From Ranitomeya imitator (lineage: Eukaryota), in NCBI RefSeq assembly GCF_032444005.1, contig NC_091289.1, positions 5,704,001 to 5,768,000 of the forward strand: a stretch of 64,000 bases of DNA, given 5' to 3'. Below the pieces are notes generated by a model. The model did not search any database, was not told the DNA's origin, and was given only the letters and a program-made list of their open reading frames with translations. Position numbers and translations under genes: made by a program. Positions 25,899-38,254 of the stretch are shown here, piece by piece. Numbering within the stretch: the first letter of the stretch is position 1; every line of letters starts with the position of its first letter.

Positions 25899-26715
25899 CT
25901 CTTTAGCGACCAGAGGTATTTTTCCATCTTCATTTTTTGCTCACCTTCTTCCCAGAGCCATAACTTAATTTTCTTCAGTCCATATGGCCAAGTGAGGGCT
26001 TGTTTTTTGGGGGACGAGTTGTACTTTTGAACAATACCATTAGTTTTAACATATCGTGTACTGGGAAACAAATTCCAAGTGCTGTGAAATTGCAAAAAAA
26101 AAAATTGCAATCCCACGGATGTATTTTGTGTTTTTGTTTACCATGTTCACTAAATAATAAATCTGACCTGCCATTCTGATTCTCCAGATCATTACGAGTT
26201 CATAGACACCAAACATGTTTAGGTTCTTTTTTAAATCGTGAAAAAAAAATCCAAACTATGTAAAACTAAACAAAAAAAAAATTGCGCCATTTTCCGAGAC
26301 CCGTAGCGTCTGCATTTTTAATGATCTGGGTGAGGGCTTATTTTTTCTGCACAGAGTAGATGTTTTTAATGATACCATTGTGGTGCAGATATGATCTTGA
26401 GATCGCCTGTTATTGCATTTTAATGCAATGTTGTGACCAAAAAAACGTAATTCTAGTGTTTTGACTTTTTTCTGGTTACGCCGTTAAACGATCGGGCGAT
26501 TCTGAAATCGGCGATACCAAATATGTGTATGTTTGATTATTTTTTTAGTGTTTTATTTTGAATGGGGTTAGGGTTAGGGTTAGGGTGATTTGAACTTTTA
26601 TATTTTTATTTTTTTAATATTTTTTATAACTTTTGGCATGCTTCAACAATCTCCAAAGGGGAGCCTAGAATCTGCCATAATCCGATTGGCTCTGCTGCCC
26701 AATGTCGAAAAAGAG
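25899..26715. mobile_element. Non-autonomous TTAA-target DNA transposon (piggyBac/Kolobok-type MITE)
   Basis: ttaa|ctcttt...aaagag|ttaa termini. No coding capacity. Confidence 0.7.
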
Positions 26716-26974
26716 TTAAAAAACATCTGAGGCAATATATACAGGGACGCTGTCATGGCTGGTAATCTGGGGTACGGGCCCTTAAAAATAATTTTTATAT
26801 ATATTATGGGTTGTGATTGGACATAAACTGAAGCCGAAATTTGCTTCTGATCACACCACACCGCTCACAAGACTCGTGTTTGTAGCTTATACTCTGCCAA
26901 GAGGTTGGCAGAAAAAAAGATGAGTGGTGACAAAAAGAGTCCAGAAGGAAAGTAATAATCTAACCTCAATCTAC

Positions 26975-27670
26975 AGTGGTGGCTGCAGACAGAATCTCAT
27001 GTATCTCTGTATACAGGGAGCTCCCCCTAGTGGTGACTGCAGACAGGATATTATCATGTATCTCTGTATACAGGGAGCTCCCCCTAGTGGTGACTGCAGA
27101 CAGGATATTATCATGTATCTCTGTATACAGGGAGCTCCCCCTAGTGGTGACTGCAGACAGGATATTATCATGTATCTCTGTATACAGGGGGCTCCCCCTA
27201 GTGGTGACTGTAGACTGGATCTTATCATCTATCTCTGTATACAGGGAGCTCCCCCTAGTGGTGACTGTAGACAGGATCTTATCATGTATCTCTGTATACA
27301 GGGAGCTCCCCCTAGTGGTGACTGCAGACAGGATCTTATCATGTATATCTGTATACAGGGAGCTCCCCCTAGTGGTGGCTGGAGACATGATCTTATCATG
27401 TATCTCTGGATACAGGGAGCTCCCCCTAGTGGTGACTGCAGCAGGATCTTATCATGTATCTCTGTATACAGGGAGCTCCCCCTAGTGGTGACTGCAGGCA
27501 GGATCTTATCATGTATATCTGTATACAGGGAGCTCCCCCTAGTGGTGGCTGCAGTCAGGATCTTATCATGTATCTCTGTATACAGGGAGCTCCCCCTAGT
27601 GGTGGCTGCAGTCAGGATCTTATCATGTATCTCTGTATACAGGGAGCTCCCCCTAGTGGTGGTTGCAGGC
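26975..27670. repeat. 57-bp satellite (about 12 copies), each unit with a CTCF-type motif
   Basis: Unit GTATACAGGGAGCTCCCCCTAGTGGTGACTGCAGACAGGATCTTATCATGTATCTCT. The reverse complement contains CCACTAGGGGGAGC. Confidence 0.9.
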
Positions 27671-27881
27671 ACAATCACTGTGATAGTGATAATGATATAC
27701 TCAGATGTGTGTCACTTTGTGGACTATGCCATGATTTGTGTCAGTTCTATGTTATGTGCTTGTTCTCTGCAGCGTTCACCCTGGCTGTTGTCCTCTTATT
27801 TGTGGCTCTGTCGCACTGCTGTCTCTATGCTGTATCTCCCCTTGGTTGACTCGGCAGCATTCTTGCCACTTTGCTACGCAC

Positions 27882-28024
27882 CGGGTTCTGGCAGGACGCG
27901 CCGCTGCAGGTGTTTTGGCAGCACTTCTGTTCACCCTCACAGTTGTTATCGGAGCTGCAGTGTTTGGTTTGGTCGCAGGTCGTCCCATCGACAATCTCAG
28001 GAGAAGGGCAGGAGCCGGGTTTAT
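27882..28024 (-). CDS. WFDC-type gene, exon 3: WAP domain 2 (either spliced at CCG|gtgcgt or read through to TAG at 27825)
   Basis: ctccccag|AT AAA CCC GGC TCC TGC: KPGSCPSPEIVDGTTCDQTKHCSSDNNCEGEQKCCQNTCSGASCQNP, 8 Cys in four-disulfide-core spacing. Confidence 0.9.
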
Positions 28025-28103
28025 CTGGGGAGCAATGAAGATGGAGCGGTCACGGCGGGTCGCTGCTATGGTCTCCCGGTCGGACAGTCGGGTTCCTACT
28101 CAC

Positions 28104-28244
28104 CGTCCGGGATCTGACACTGGAATCCGTCGCAGGACGTCTTACAACATTTGCGGTTGCCTTCACAGTCAGAGTCGTAGGAGCATTTCTTGGCGCAGAT
28201 CCCAAGAGACAAATCACGGATAGTCGGGCACGTTCCTGGCTTAG
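28104..28244 (-). CDS. WFDC-type gene, exon 2: WAP domain 1
   Basis: ccctttcag|CT AAG CCA...: KPGTCPTIRDLSLGICAKKCSYDSDCEGNRKCCKTSCDGFQCQIPD. 141-nt phase 1-1 exon, donor G|gtgagt, 79-nt intron to the next exon. Confidence 0.92.
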
Positions 28245-30034
28245 CTGAAAGGGTTAAAGTAAAGAAATGAACATCATTGAGGCACGGACCCCGTCACCCA
28301 TCTTGCCCCTGAGCTTAGGATTGCTGAATGGATGGAGCTTGCTGTGACTTGTGGTGCATCCTATTGGGCAGCACAGCAGCTTTTTTAGATGATGTTTCTT
28401 TGCATGTTACCCCGCCCCCGCAGAACCATCTATACACACACAGCCACGCACATTTACCTAAATCTTGTCCCTTCCGGTCACAGCTCAACAGTGAATGTGC
28501 CGAAGTCCTACAGTGACGTTTCTACAACCAATGGCTTCCTCCTGACAGCCTCCACCATTGCCTAAGGGTCTGGACGTGCCATGATATTAGTCTACAGCAG
28601 CGCCGTGTGCTCAGGAGCCGGGGGGTGCGCAGGATTTTGGCAATTATCTCTTAAAGGTCTGGACTGAACATTCCTATCAGAAGAGAAGACACGTCTGGTG
28701 AAGTCCAACAGAAAATGCATCTCTTTAACTTCGAGAGAAACAGAATGACAGCGTCCGTCATATCCGCCTCCACATGCTGCCGGAACGTCACGGCGAGACC
28801 CCCAGACCTGGACATGAGAGCTCAGCGCTGGGGCCACAGGAGGGGCACCTAACCTTACAGACCTCTAAAGATGGATTCCAGCCTCTCCATGATGGTCGGA
28901 GCACGGACAATGTATTGATTCTACATTGGCAGAACAGATTTACCGGCAGACGGTTCATCAGCGACAGAAGACCCTCAATAAGTCATTGCTTGTTCTCCCA
29001 AATAGTCCAAACCCCAAGTTACTGTGATGTCTGCTACAAAGGATTAGTGACATCACATGGAAAGAAAACAAGGGATGATTAGGACGACTGAGGGTCATCA
29101 CCCAACAGGACTGGAATCGTTCATATTAGAATGGATAAAGGGTTAATGATCTGTAGAATTCTAGAATTCCGAAAACGAAATAAATGTCCTAATTGTCCAA
29201 CATTCTGCGCTATTCAATTTATAGAAGAGGCGTCAATCCAAATACCCCCAAAGGTCGCCCAAAGATTATTGCTGCCCATGGGGGTGATGGCGCCCGTCTG
29301 GTCTGGACCATCGTAAGAGTGGTCAGTGCCCGGACTGCCCCCTGTATAACAAGGACCAGAACTGGACATGGAGCGATGAAAGGAGGAGGCCTTGTGTGGG
29401 GAACGGATGGCACCAGGACGCACTATGGGCAGAAAGAAAGCTGGCCGAGGTGGTGTGACGGGGGCCACGCTCTGCGGGGTGACGGGGGCCACGCTCTGCG
29501 GGGTGACGGGGGCCACACTCTGCAGGCATCGTACCAGGTACCTAGACATTGCGCAGCCCACCCTTCATGGCAGTGCGACTCCATAATTATCGGTCACGAA
29601 TGGTCTGAGGATCGAAGTGATGGTTTCTCTCCAGATCCGTCATCAGACAATGATAGGGCCACAGCCAGGAGCGCACAGGCTGTAACATGGCAGCAGGGGC
29701 CCCGGAGCGCGTCCACGTCTTAGACATTGATCTCTTGCATCTCAGCAAAAAATGTTCAGAACTGAAGACGAGGATCTTGGGTGACATCTGATCGGACTGT
29801 ATGGACCCCACAACCATGTCACCGCAAAGCTCTCAGAGGGGCCCGGACTATAAAGATGCAGCACCGCGGCCGCATGGATACTGCACCTGCAGGGGGTGCA
29901 GCCCACAGCACCATGCTGCCAGAATAAGACCCCATGGCTCCAGTTCACTCCACCCTACAAGCACAGCAGCAATGGCCGCCACACCTCACCAAGTGAAAGA
30001 CGCTAAACCCCCTCACCTTCCACATGGTCTCATA

Positions 30035-30225
30035 CTTCGGGCGCAGTCAGACGGCCGTGTAACATGGATGACGATTTCATCGCAGAGCTCGGACTGGCCG
30101 GCGGCTCTCCTGACCCTGCATAGAATACATGCGATCACACTCAGGTCTGGAGAGCCGCCGGCCAGTCCGAGCTCTGCGATGCGATCGTCATCCATGTTAT
30201 ACGGAGGTCTAACTGCGCCCTGAGA
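30035..30225. mobile_element. Palindromic MITE remnant in WFDC intron 1
   Basis: Arms ccgtgtaacatggatgacga...gctctcc and ggagagccgccgg...ccatgttatacgg, with gggcgcagt/actgcgccc termini. Confidence 0.6.
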
Positions 30226-30909
30226 GCAAAAATAGGCAGAAACCCCCGGCGTCTCCTGGAAAAAAAAAGGGACAGTGTGCCGTGTGCTTTAGGTGGGCGC
30301 ACAAGGTCAGGGACCCGCTAGGAGTCCGCACATTTTTGTGGATCCGCCGTGGTTCAATGTCGGAGTTGTGGACGTGCATCTTGGGATCCTACAGTTATAA
30401 TGCACAGGATCTGCGGCCGATCCCACCGGATTTCTGCAGAGCAGTCTGGGAGAATTTGTCAGTAAAAACCACAATTGGAAACTCGTCACCACTTCTGCAT
30501 TTATCACCCACTCCTGGTTTTGGCTACAAATACTGATTTAAAAGACTGACCAAATACTGCTAGTGTGAACGTGGCCTTAATCTTATGGCTGATGAGACGC
30601 CCGTACACCTCAGATCGTTGTGAATTCGGGTGGCTTTTTCTGTGGCCGCAGCCATTGCACTAGATCCCACATCCATGACCTGACGTCCCCGTAACCACCT
30701 GTGAATTATTCCAGGAGGGGCACAGATATAAGCGTCTGATTCCCACCTGCCACAAAACCTCTGGTAACATAAGACCCTCATGTCGGACCCCTGAGAGACA
30801 TTGGGGTCAGGCAGAGTCATCTCTGCGCTCGGCTCCTAATGCAGAAACTTTCTAATTACATTGTAACCAAACAGTAAACAAATGTAACAGAATGTAACAA
30901 GATGTCCCA

Positions 30910-31600
30910 TTCCCCCCGGGGTAGCACAATGGGGTCTGTGGGCCTTACCTACAGCTTTGGTCACCTCTGCTCCCTGGGATAGAACAATGGGGTCTGTGGG
31001 CCTTACCTACAGCTGTGGTCACCTCTGCCCCCCGGTGTAGCACAATGGGGGTCTGTGGGCCTTACCTGCAGCCGTGGTTACCTCTGCCCCCCGGGTAGCA
31101 CAATGGGGTCTGTGGGCCTTACCTACAGCAGTGGTCACCTCTGCTCCCTGGGATAGAACAATGGGGTCTGTGGGCCTTACCTACAGCTGTGGTCACCTCT
31201 GCCCCCCGGGGTAGCACAATGGGGGTCTGTGGGCCTTACCTACAGCTGTGGTCACCTCTGCCCCCAGGGTAGCACAATGGGGGTCTGGGGGCCTTACCTA
31301 CAGCTGTGGTCACCTCTGCCCCCCGGGGTAGCACAATGGGGGTCTGTGGGCCTTACCTGCAGCCGTGGTCACCTCTGCCCCCTGGGGTAGCACAATTGGG
31401 GTCTGTGGGCCTTACCTGCAGCCGTGGTCACCTCTGCCCCCCGGGGTAGCACAATGGGGGTCTGTGGGCCTTACCTGCAGCCGTGGTCACCTCTGCCCCC
31501 CGGGGTAGCACAATGGGGGTCTGTGGGCCTTACCTGCAGCCGTGGTCACCTCTGCCCCCCGGGGTAGCACAATGGGGGTCTGGGCGTCTTACCTGCAGCC
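30910..31600 (-). repeat. 57-59-bp tandem repeat (about 12 copies), each reproducing the WFDC exon-1 3' end and splice donor
   Basis: Minus-strand unit ...ACGGCTGCAG|GTAAGGCCCACAGACCCCCATTGTGCTACCCCGGGGGGCAGAGGTGACC. Confidence 0.9.
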
Positions 31601-31668
31601 GTGTCCCCCTCCTCCGCACGGACACAGGTCAGTCCCAGCAGCAGTGCCAGCAGGAGGTGTTGCTTCAT
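31593..31668 (-). CDS. WFDC-type gene, exon 1: signal peptide
   Basis: MKQHLLLALLLGLTCVRAEEGDTAA plus G|gtaaga. Phase 1 matches the WAP1 acceptor. Hydrophobic core and an A-x-A-like cleavage site (VRA). Confidence 0.85.
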
Positions 31669-32068
31669 TGTGCTGCTCGTGGCTCTGAGTGCACACAATC
31701 CTGCGAATCACCCAAATAGCATTTAATGTGAGGCGGCGCAGGGAGGAGCGGCCGGGGTGGGGTCTGCGGAGGGGACGGACCCTGACACCTGCTACCTGCA
31801 GCCTCAGGCAACTTCAGGAAAGAATTAGAAAACTCTCCAAGCTGAGATAAAGTATCCGCCGAGGTCAGATGGCAAAGAACGGAAAGAAACGCAACGTCTC
31901 AGAGGGAACAGTGTGTACGAGGTCCGGGACATCCAGATCTATGGGATCAAAAGGCTCAATGTACTGACCTCACCCTGTGTCCACAGACCCGGCCCCAGCA
32001 CAGAGGCTTGTAGGTCCCCAAAACCCAGCACCTGGGGCAATTCATACTGGGAGTTGTAGTTCCACAGC

Positions 32069-33776
32069 CAGTGGTGTAACTTGAAGCTTGTGGGTTCCAA
32101 TGCAAAAGCTCAAAGAAACTTATTGCAACTCTTTAAAGCAGGGGTGGATTAAGGGTAGCCAGGGCCCCGGGCTGTTCAGACACTGTGGGCCCCCCGGTCA
32201 TGTGACGGGGGTCATGATATACCTGAACCAGATTATTCCAGAAAAATGGCCGGGCCCTACTCTACTGTAACCTATTAAATATTTGTTAAAATATGCAATA
32301 CAATTTAGGTATATTTTGATTTATTTTTCAATTTTTAAAATTACCAATACCACATACAAGGAACAAATACCACCGCACCATGACCAGACCACAAATTACA
32401 ACCAAAGTGATCGAATAATATCACATACAAGGAACAAATACCACCGCACCATGTCAAGACCACATATTACCACCACTTGGTGACCAAATAGCACATTCAA
32501 GGGACAAATACCACAACACCATTTCCAGACCACATATTACCACCACATAGTGACCGAATACTACAATACTGATCAGTAATAAAAACAAAGCACAATACTA
32601 TCACCATAAGTGCCAGTATTCACAGGAGATCTGTACTTAGTATGCAGTGTCTGTGTAGAGGTAATACAGAGATCACTGGTGACATTATACACAGGAGCTC
32701 TGTATATAATGTATAGGTAATACAGAGATCACTGGTGGTATTATACACAGGACCTCTGTATATAGTATACAGTGTATAGTGTCAGTGTATAGGTAACACT
32801 GACTCACCAGTGACATCTCTAGGTGAAGTCCTTTATCTTTCATCCAGCACAGACCGCCATCACTTCATCCAGCCAGGACTCGTCTCTGCAGGAAATAAAA
32901 CAGTTATCTCGAGCTCCGCTTGCAGAACACATTACTTAATTTTTCACAACTTCTACATTACACCACATGAAGAAAAAAAGGCGATATAGTGTCACTGCAC
33001 AGTAACAGGACCGCACCCCCATTTAAAACAGTATACTCAAAAAATAAATTAAGTACATCACTGCAGTAATAATATCCCTTAATTAGCCCCTATGGTAATA
33101 ATATTCCCCATCCTGGCCCCGTTTATCTCATTCCTGGCGTCAGCCATATGTTCTCGCATCCTGCCCTCATGAGTATCCATTTTGCCCCATATGATCTCCC
33201 CATCCTGCCCCATCTGTCTCCTTCGGATCCATCCTGCCCCATGATCCAATCCTGCCCCATGTCTTTCATTCTGCCCCGTGTCTCCAATCATGCCCCATAT
33301 CTACATTCTGCCCATGCCTCCAGTCCTGCCCCCAGTGTGTCCAGCAATCTGCCCCAGTATGTCCAGCATATTGCCTTAGAGTGTCCAGCAATCTGCCCCA
33401 GTATGGTCACCATATTGCCCCAGTGTCCAGCAATCTGCCCCAGTGTGTCCAGCATATTACCCCCAGTGTGTCCAGCAATCTGCCCCAGTGTGTCCAGCAT
33501 ATTGCCCCAGAGTGTCCAGCATTGCCCCCAGACAGTGTGTCCAGCATTGCCCCAGTGTATCCATCAATCATGTGCCCCAGTGTGTCCTCCAGCATTGTCC
33601 CCAGTGTGTCCAGCAATCTGCCCCAGTGTCTCCAGCATTGCCTCAGGGTGTCCAGCTATCATCTGCCCCAGTTTAAAAGTTTAAAGGTATTGTTCTTTTC
33701 TTATAGGCTCAGGTCCCCTTAAGCCTGGGGCCCGGGTGCGATTGTGACCCCTGGACCTAGAGCAGTTATACCCCTG
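32069..33776. mobile_element. Non-autonomous hAT element with an 8-bp TSD, just upstream of the WFDC gene
   Basis: TIRs cagtggtgtaact / agttatacccctg. Flanks tccacagc / cccacagc (7 of 8 match). Internal short repeats are related to the 52.3-55.2 kb satellite. Confidence 0.75.
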
Positions 33777-35349
33777 CCCACAGCTGGAGAGACACAAGTT
33801 ATCGGGGCCAGACAGACCATTGGTGCAGCCGCCCAGGGGCCAAAGAGACGAGGGGCCACAGCAGGCCTTGTGCATCATGAGGAGCTGTAGGACTGCAGAG
33901 ACCCCTGTCCTCCTGTCTGTGTCCTGGAGACCCCATTGTCACCTAGCCGGGGTGCGGGGGCTTCACACTTCCTTTGCTCTGGTTACATTCATACAACGGT
34001 TTCAATGTACATTGGGTTCAGTAAACTACGTGGATGATGTATCAGATGCGAGGGACTACACCTCCCAGCATTGCAATGAGACTTCTTCACCGCCACCTGC
34101 TGGTATTACAACTCGATCTCCAGATACCAGTAATGGGAGCAGCGCTGAGGTTTTGGGGCAAGTGACCCCTAATCTGGGCCTATTTCTTACCAAAGTGGTT
34201 GTCACTAATCTTATTGGACCCAACACTGTGGTTACAGACTCAGAAACACTGAAGCAATGTCTGCAGCTGTGTGCAGACCGGGGTGGTGACGCATGGAATT
34301 CTCTGAATCTCTTTACTGGGAAGCAATGGTGACAAACTGGTAAAAAGTTGCACAACTGAAGTCATGGAAACATGTTGTCATGTAGTGACGTGTGCCGGGC
34401 GCCATCGTGTGCAACGTTTTCATAGAAAAATAGAAATGGAATCGGCTCCTCTGCCATCCACTGCCGACACTGGCATCGATCCGGTGACAGTGCCCGGGCG
34501 GCTCAGACAGGTTCCGGTGCACTGTCCGCGTGGGTTCACCTCTGTACAGGGTTTGTGGCGTTTCTGACGCATTTCGCGCCTTCATTCTCATTCGCCATTG
34601 TCGTGTTTAGAGTCGCAGAAAGTTCTCTGACAGATTCGTGATTTGCGCACATTTTGGTGCAATTTTACAAATGAAAACCAAATTCTGATGACAATTGCAA
34701 CAAATTTACCGTCCATTGTGCGTGTTCAGACACTGGTTGGGATTGACGCTGCGGACGTGATGACAGCGTGCACCAACACACCTGCGTTTCCAGTCCTCGG
34801 CGGCGTCTTGTTCCCGCTCCGCTCAGTCATTGCTGATGTAAGTGGATCTGCCGGAGCCGCCGCAGGTTTCTCCATTGTCAGGAGCTGATCATTTGGCTCC
34901 TCGGCTCATAGACCCGAGATCACCGGTAACGTCTCCACCAACGTCGCCTAATTGTGGTTGCTGTGATGATAAATTATGTTCCAAAGATGCCTAACACCGA
35001 AGCTGCCAAAATCCATGGCCCCGGAGTACAAACCCCACCGGGCGGCTGCGTACACATGTGATCCTGGCAATACGAGGCACTGAGGTCCACTCCAACTGCC
35101 CCGGGCTTCCTAGGGAAAGAAGAACCTGTTACTGACTGTACCCGGGAGCCTTCATCTTCTCATGCCTAAGATGTCTACATTGCAGCCATAAATCAGAACA
35201 CAACGCCCTGTACCTGTCTACAGAGGGGCGAAAACTGGAGGACACGGCCCAGAAAGCTGCCGGACATAGGATCATTCACCACCGAAAGTGCATCTCCATA
35301 GGCACGATCTCAAAAGGAATATCCAGATCCTTCTATCCGCCTCCCCAAG

Positions 35350-36470
35350 AACCTTCTGTCTCCTCTAGACCCTCTAATCTCCTCCAGACCCCTCTGTCTC
35401 CTCCAGACCCCTCTGTCTCCACTAGACTTCTCTGTACCACATATACATCTGTTCCTCTTACAGACCCCTCCATCCTCTGCAGAACTCTGTCACTTTATAT
35501 ACATCTGTCCCCTTCAGATCCCTCTGTCTCCTCCAGACCCTTTTTTTCTCTCCTTACCCTCTATTCTTCACTAGACTTCTCTGTCTCCTGTATATATCTG
35601 TTACTCTTACGGACCCCTCTATCCCCTGCAGACCCCTCTTTTCCTCTTACAGACCCCTCTATCCCCTGCAGACCCCTCCATCCTCTGCAGACTCCTCTGT
35701 CCCCCTTACAGACCCATCCATCCTCTACAGACCCCTCTGTCTCTCTTACAGACCCCTCCATTCTCTGCAGACCCCTCTATCCCCTGCAGACCCCTCTGTC
35801 CCCCTTACAGACCTCTCTATCCCCTGCAGACCCCTCTGTCCCTCTTACAGACCCCTCTATCCCCTGCAGACCACTCCATCCTCTGCAGACCCCTCTATCC
35901 CCTGCAGACCCCTCTGTCCCCCTTACAGACCCATCCATCCTCTGCAGACCCCTCTGTCCCTCTTACAGACCCCTCCATCTCCTGCTGACCCCTCTGTCCC
36001 TCTTACAGACCGCTCCATCTACTGCAGACCACTCTCTTCCTCTTACAGACCACTCTGTCCCTCTTACAGACCCCTCTGTCCCCTTTACAGACCCATCCTC
36101 TGCAGACCCCTCTGTCCCTCTTACAGACCCCTCCATCCACTGCAGACCACTCTCTTCCTCTTACAGACCACTCTGTCCCTCTTACAGACCCCTCCATCCA
36201 CTGCAGACCACTCTCTTCCTCTTACAGACCACTCTGTCCCTCTTACAGACCCCTCCATCCACTGCAGACCACTCTCTTCCTCTTACAGACCACTCTGTCC
36301 CTCTTACAGACCCCTCCATCTCCTGCTGACCCCTCTGTCCCTCTTACAGACCCCTCCATCTCCTGCTGACCCCTCTGTCCCTCTTACAGACCCCATCTCC
36401 TGCTGACCCCTCTGTCCCTCTTACAGACCCTTCCATTTCCTGCAGACCCCTCTGTCCCTCCTGTTCTTCT
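35350..36470. repeat. CT-rich degenerate minisatellite
   Basis: CAGACCCCTCTGTCCCTCTTA / CAGACCCCTCCATCCTCTG alternating units. Confidence 0.9.
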
Positions 36471-38254
36471 CCAGAGTCCTCTTGCCATATTTCATCATCT
36501 CTTTATGAGGCTTATGCAAATCCCAAATACTCAATGGTTTTCTGACATTTGCTTTGTAGGAACAGCCAGGACACCTCCTTATGTATCAGATGGTTGGGCG
36601 ACAGTGGGTTTGGCAAACAACTTATGGATCCACCATTAGGCTGCAGTCGCGCACTGGTGTTTGTGGTGGGTCGCACCAATGTGCCCCCAATTTGTGCACT
36701 GCAGACCAGTTATAGTTGTAATCTCTGAGTAGTGTCTGTTACTGATATTCCCACCAGAATCCCCCTATATTACATCACTCGTCTCTGCCGCGACCCTGCG
36801 CTGCCCAATATCCCAACAGGAGCCCAATCAGCAGCCGCTCCAATGCCCAAATCTCCTCCTGGACCAATCGCTACAGTGTCGGGCAGAAACGACCACAGAT
36901 AGGACCAATGATGGTTCTTAGACTGGATGGTCAGGAGCCTCATGGAAAAGCACCAGAATATGGGCACCGTGGTAATATGAAGCCTGCGCAACGACTCGCA
37001 ATACTGGATTAATGCAGGATTCCATCCGCTTTGCATCTTCTTCTTGACGTTTCCTTCTCTTTTCCGTTTTATTGCAGAACATGTCATAGAGCATTAAGTC
37101 AACAGCCGTCTGGAAATATTAAATTCCTCCCCCCAATATTCACCTTCCATTTACTTAGCGATGTTGACATAACAAAGGATAATATTTCACGGCTCGAGAT
37201 CTGCACTGATTCAATATCACCCCCCCCCCCCCCCCCACTCCTTAGATACAAAAGGTCCTTAAGGTCGATTTGCCAAGATGTTGTAAGAGGAAGACTCCCC
37301 ATCTTGCATAACAAAGCCCTGAGCGGAGCTTATACCCTGCTGCATCTTCTGATGATCCCGGGTTGGATCGTCTCCTGGATTTGCAGGAAACGTTACATCT
37401 AATCACTGTTATCATGGTGAATGTGTCACTTTGTAGATTTCACGTTCCCAGTAACTTTTATTTTTTGCAACACAATTATAGAAAGGGTTGACGTTGTGCA
37501 TAGAAAAGCGGAGGATCATCTGGTGGCTGCCGTAATAGGAATCCACCACAGTGGGGCGTGCAAGATGCCGATCGGTTGCCCTGGAGCAAGTGTCCACAAT
37601 TTGTGTCTTTTCTCATAAACAAAGAAAAATGTGCTAACTTTTTTAACCTTTCTCTAAATGGTCTCATTAGTCAACACTTTAGTGTCCGCTGGAACCTGTT
37701 TGTCTTCTCCTGTCATGTCTCCCACATAGCAGAAGTGCGGCCATTGTGCTGCCGTCTTGTCATATTTGTACTCATAGTACATTAAGTACTAGGATAGTCT
37801 TAACCTATACGAAAGCAATAACGAAAAAAATGGTGATCGGAAAATGATTGACGGGAACTATAGATAAAAATCTGCGTTATAGCCTCCCTTCATGCCTATG
37901 ACTTTCTATCTTTTGACCACAATCTTTATGACTAATTAATCAATAATGGTCTGGATCAGTTCAATTTATTGGAAGATGAAACAAACAATGTACGAGTAGA
38001 AACATCCTAGAATATGGAAAATAAACATATTCACTAATATGTCAGAGCAGTTTACATGAAATTATATCAGGGCTTGTTTGGATGAGCAACCCAGGATCCA
38101 GTAACTATCATCAAGATGTCCACGATAGGGTCTAGAAAAAGATAGACTTGTGCAGTCCTCGATGGCATTTTCTATTGATGTAAAACCTCCAGTTCAGAAA
38201 AAGAGGACAGGAAAAGTGACACCATTGAATATTTCAAAGAGTATTAGGAAGAAC

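Noticed and set aside
26566-26586. (TTAGGG)3 as an interstitial telomere
   Set aside because: Only three units, internal to a TTAA MITE.
28458-28507. 50-nt AG...GT segment in WFDC intron 1 as an extra exon
   Set aside because: With the phase-1 exon 1 it reads GA CTT CGG CAC ATT CAC TGT TGA (stop). It could at most be a poison exon.
33820-34332. 170-aa plus-strand ORF and a possible minus-strand exon pair (34780-34870 and 34190-34336)
   Set aside because: No recognisable family, and I could not build a phase-consistent multi-exon model. Left unannotated.
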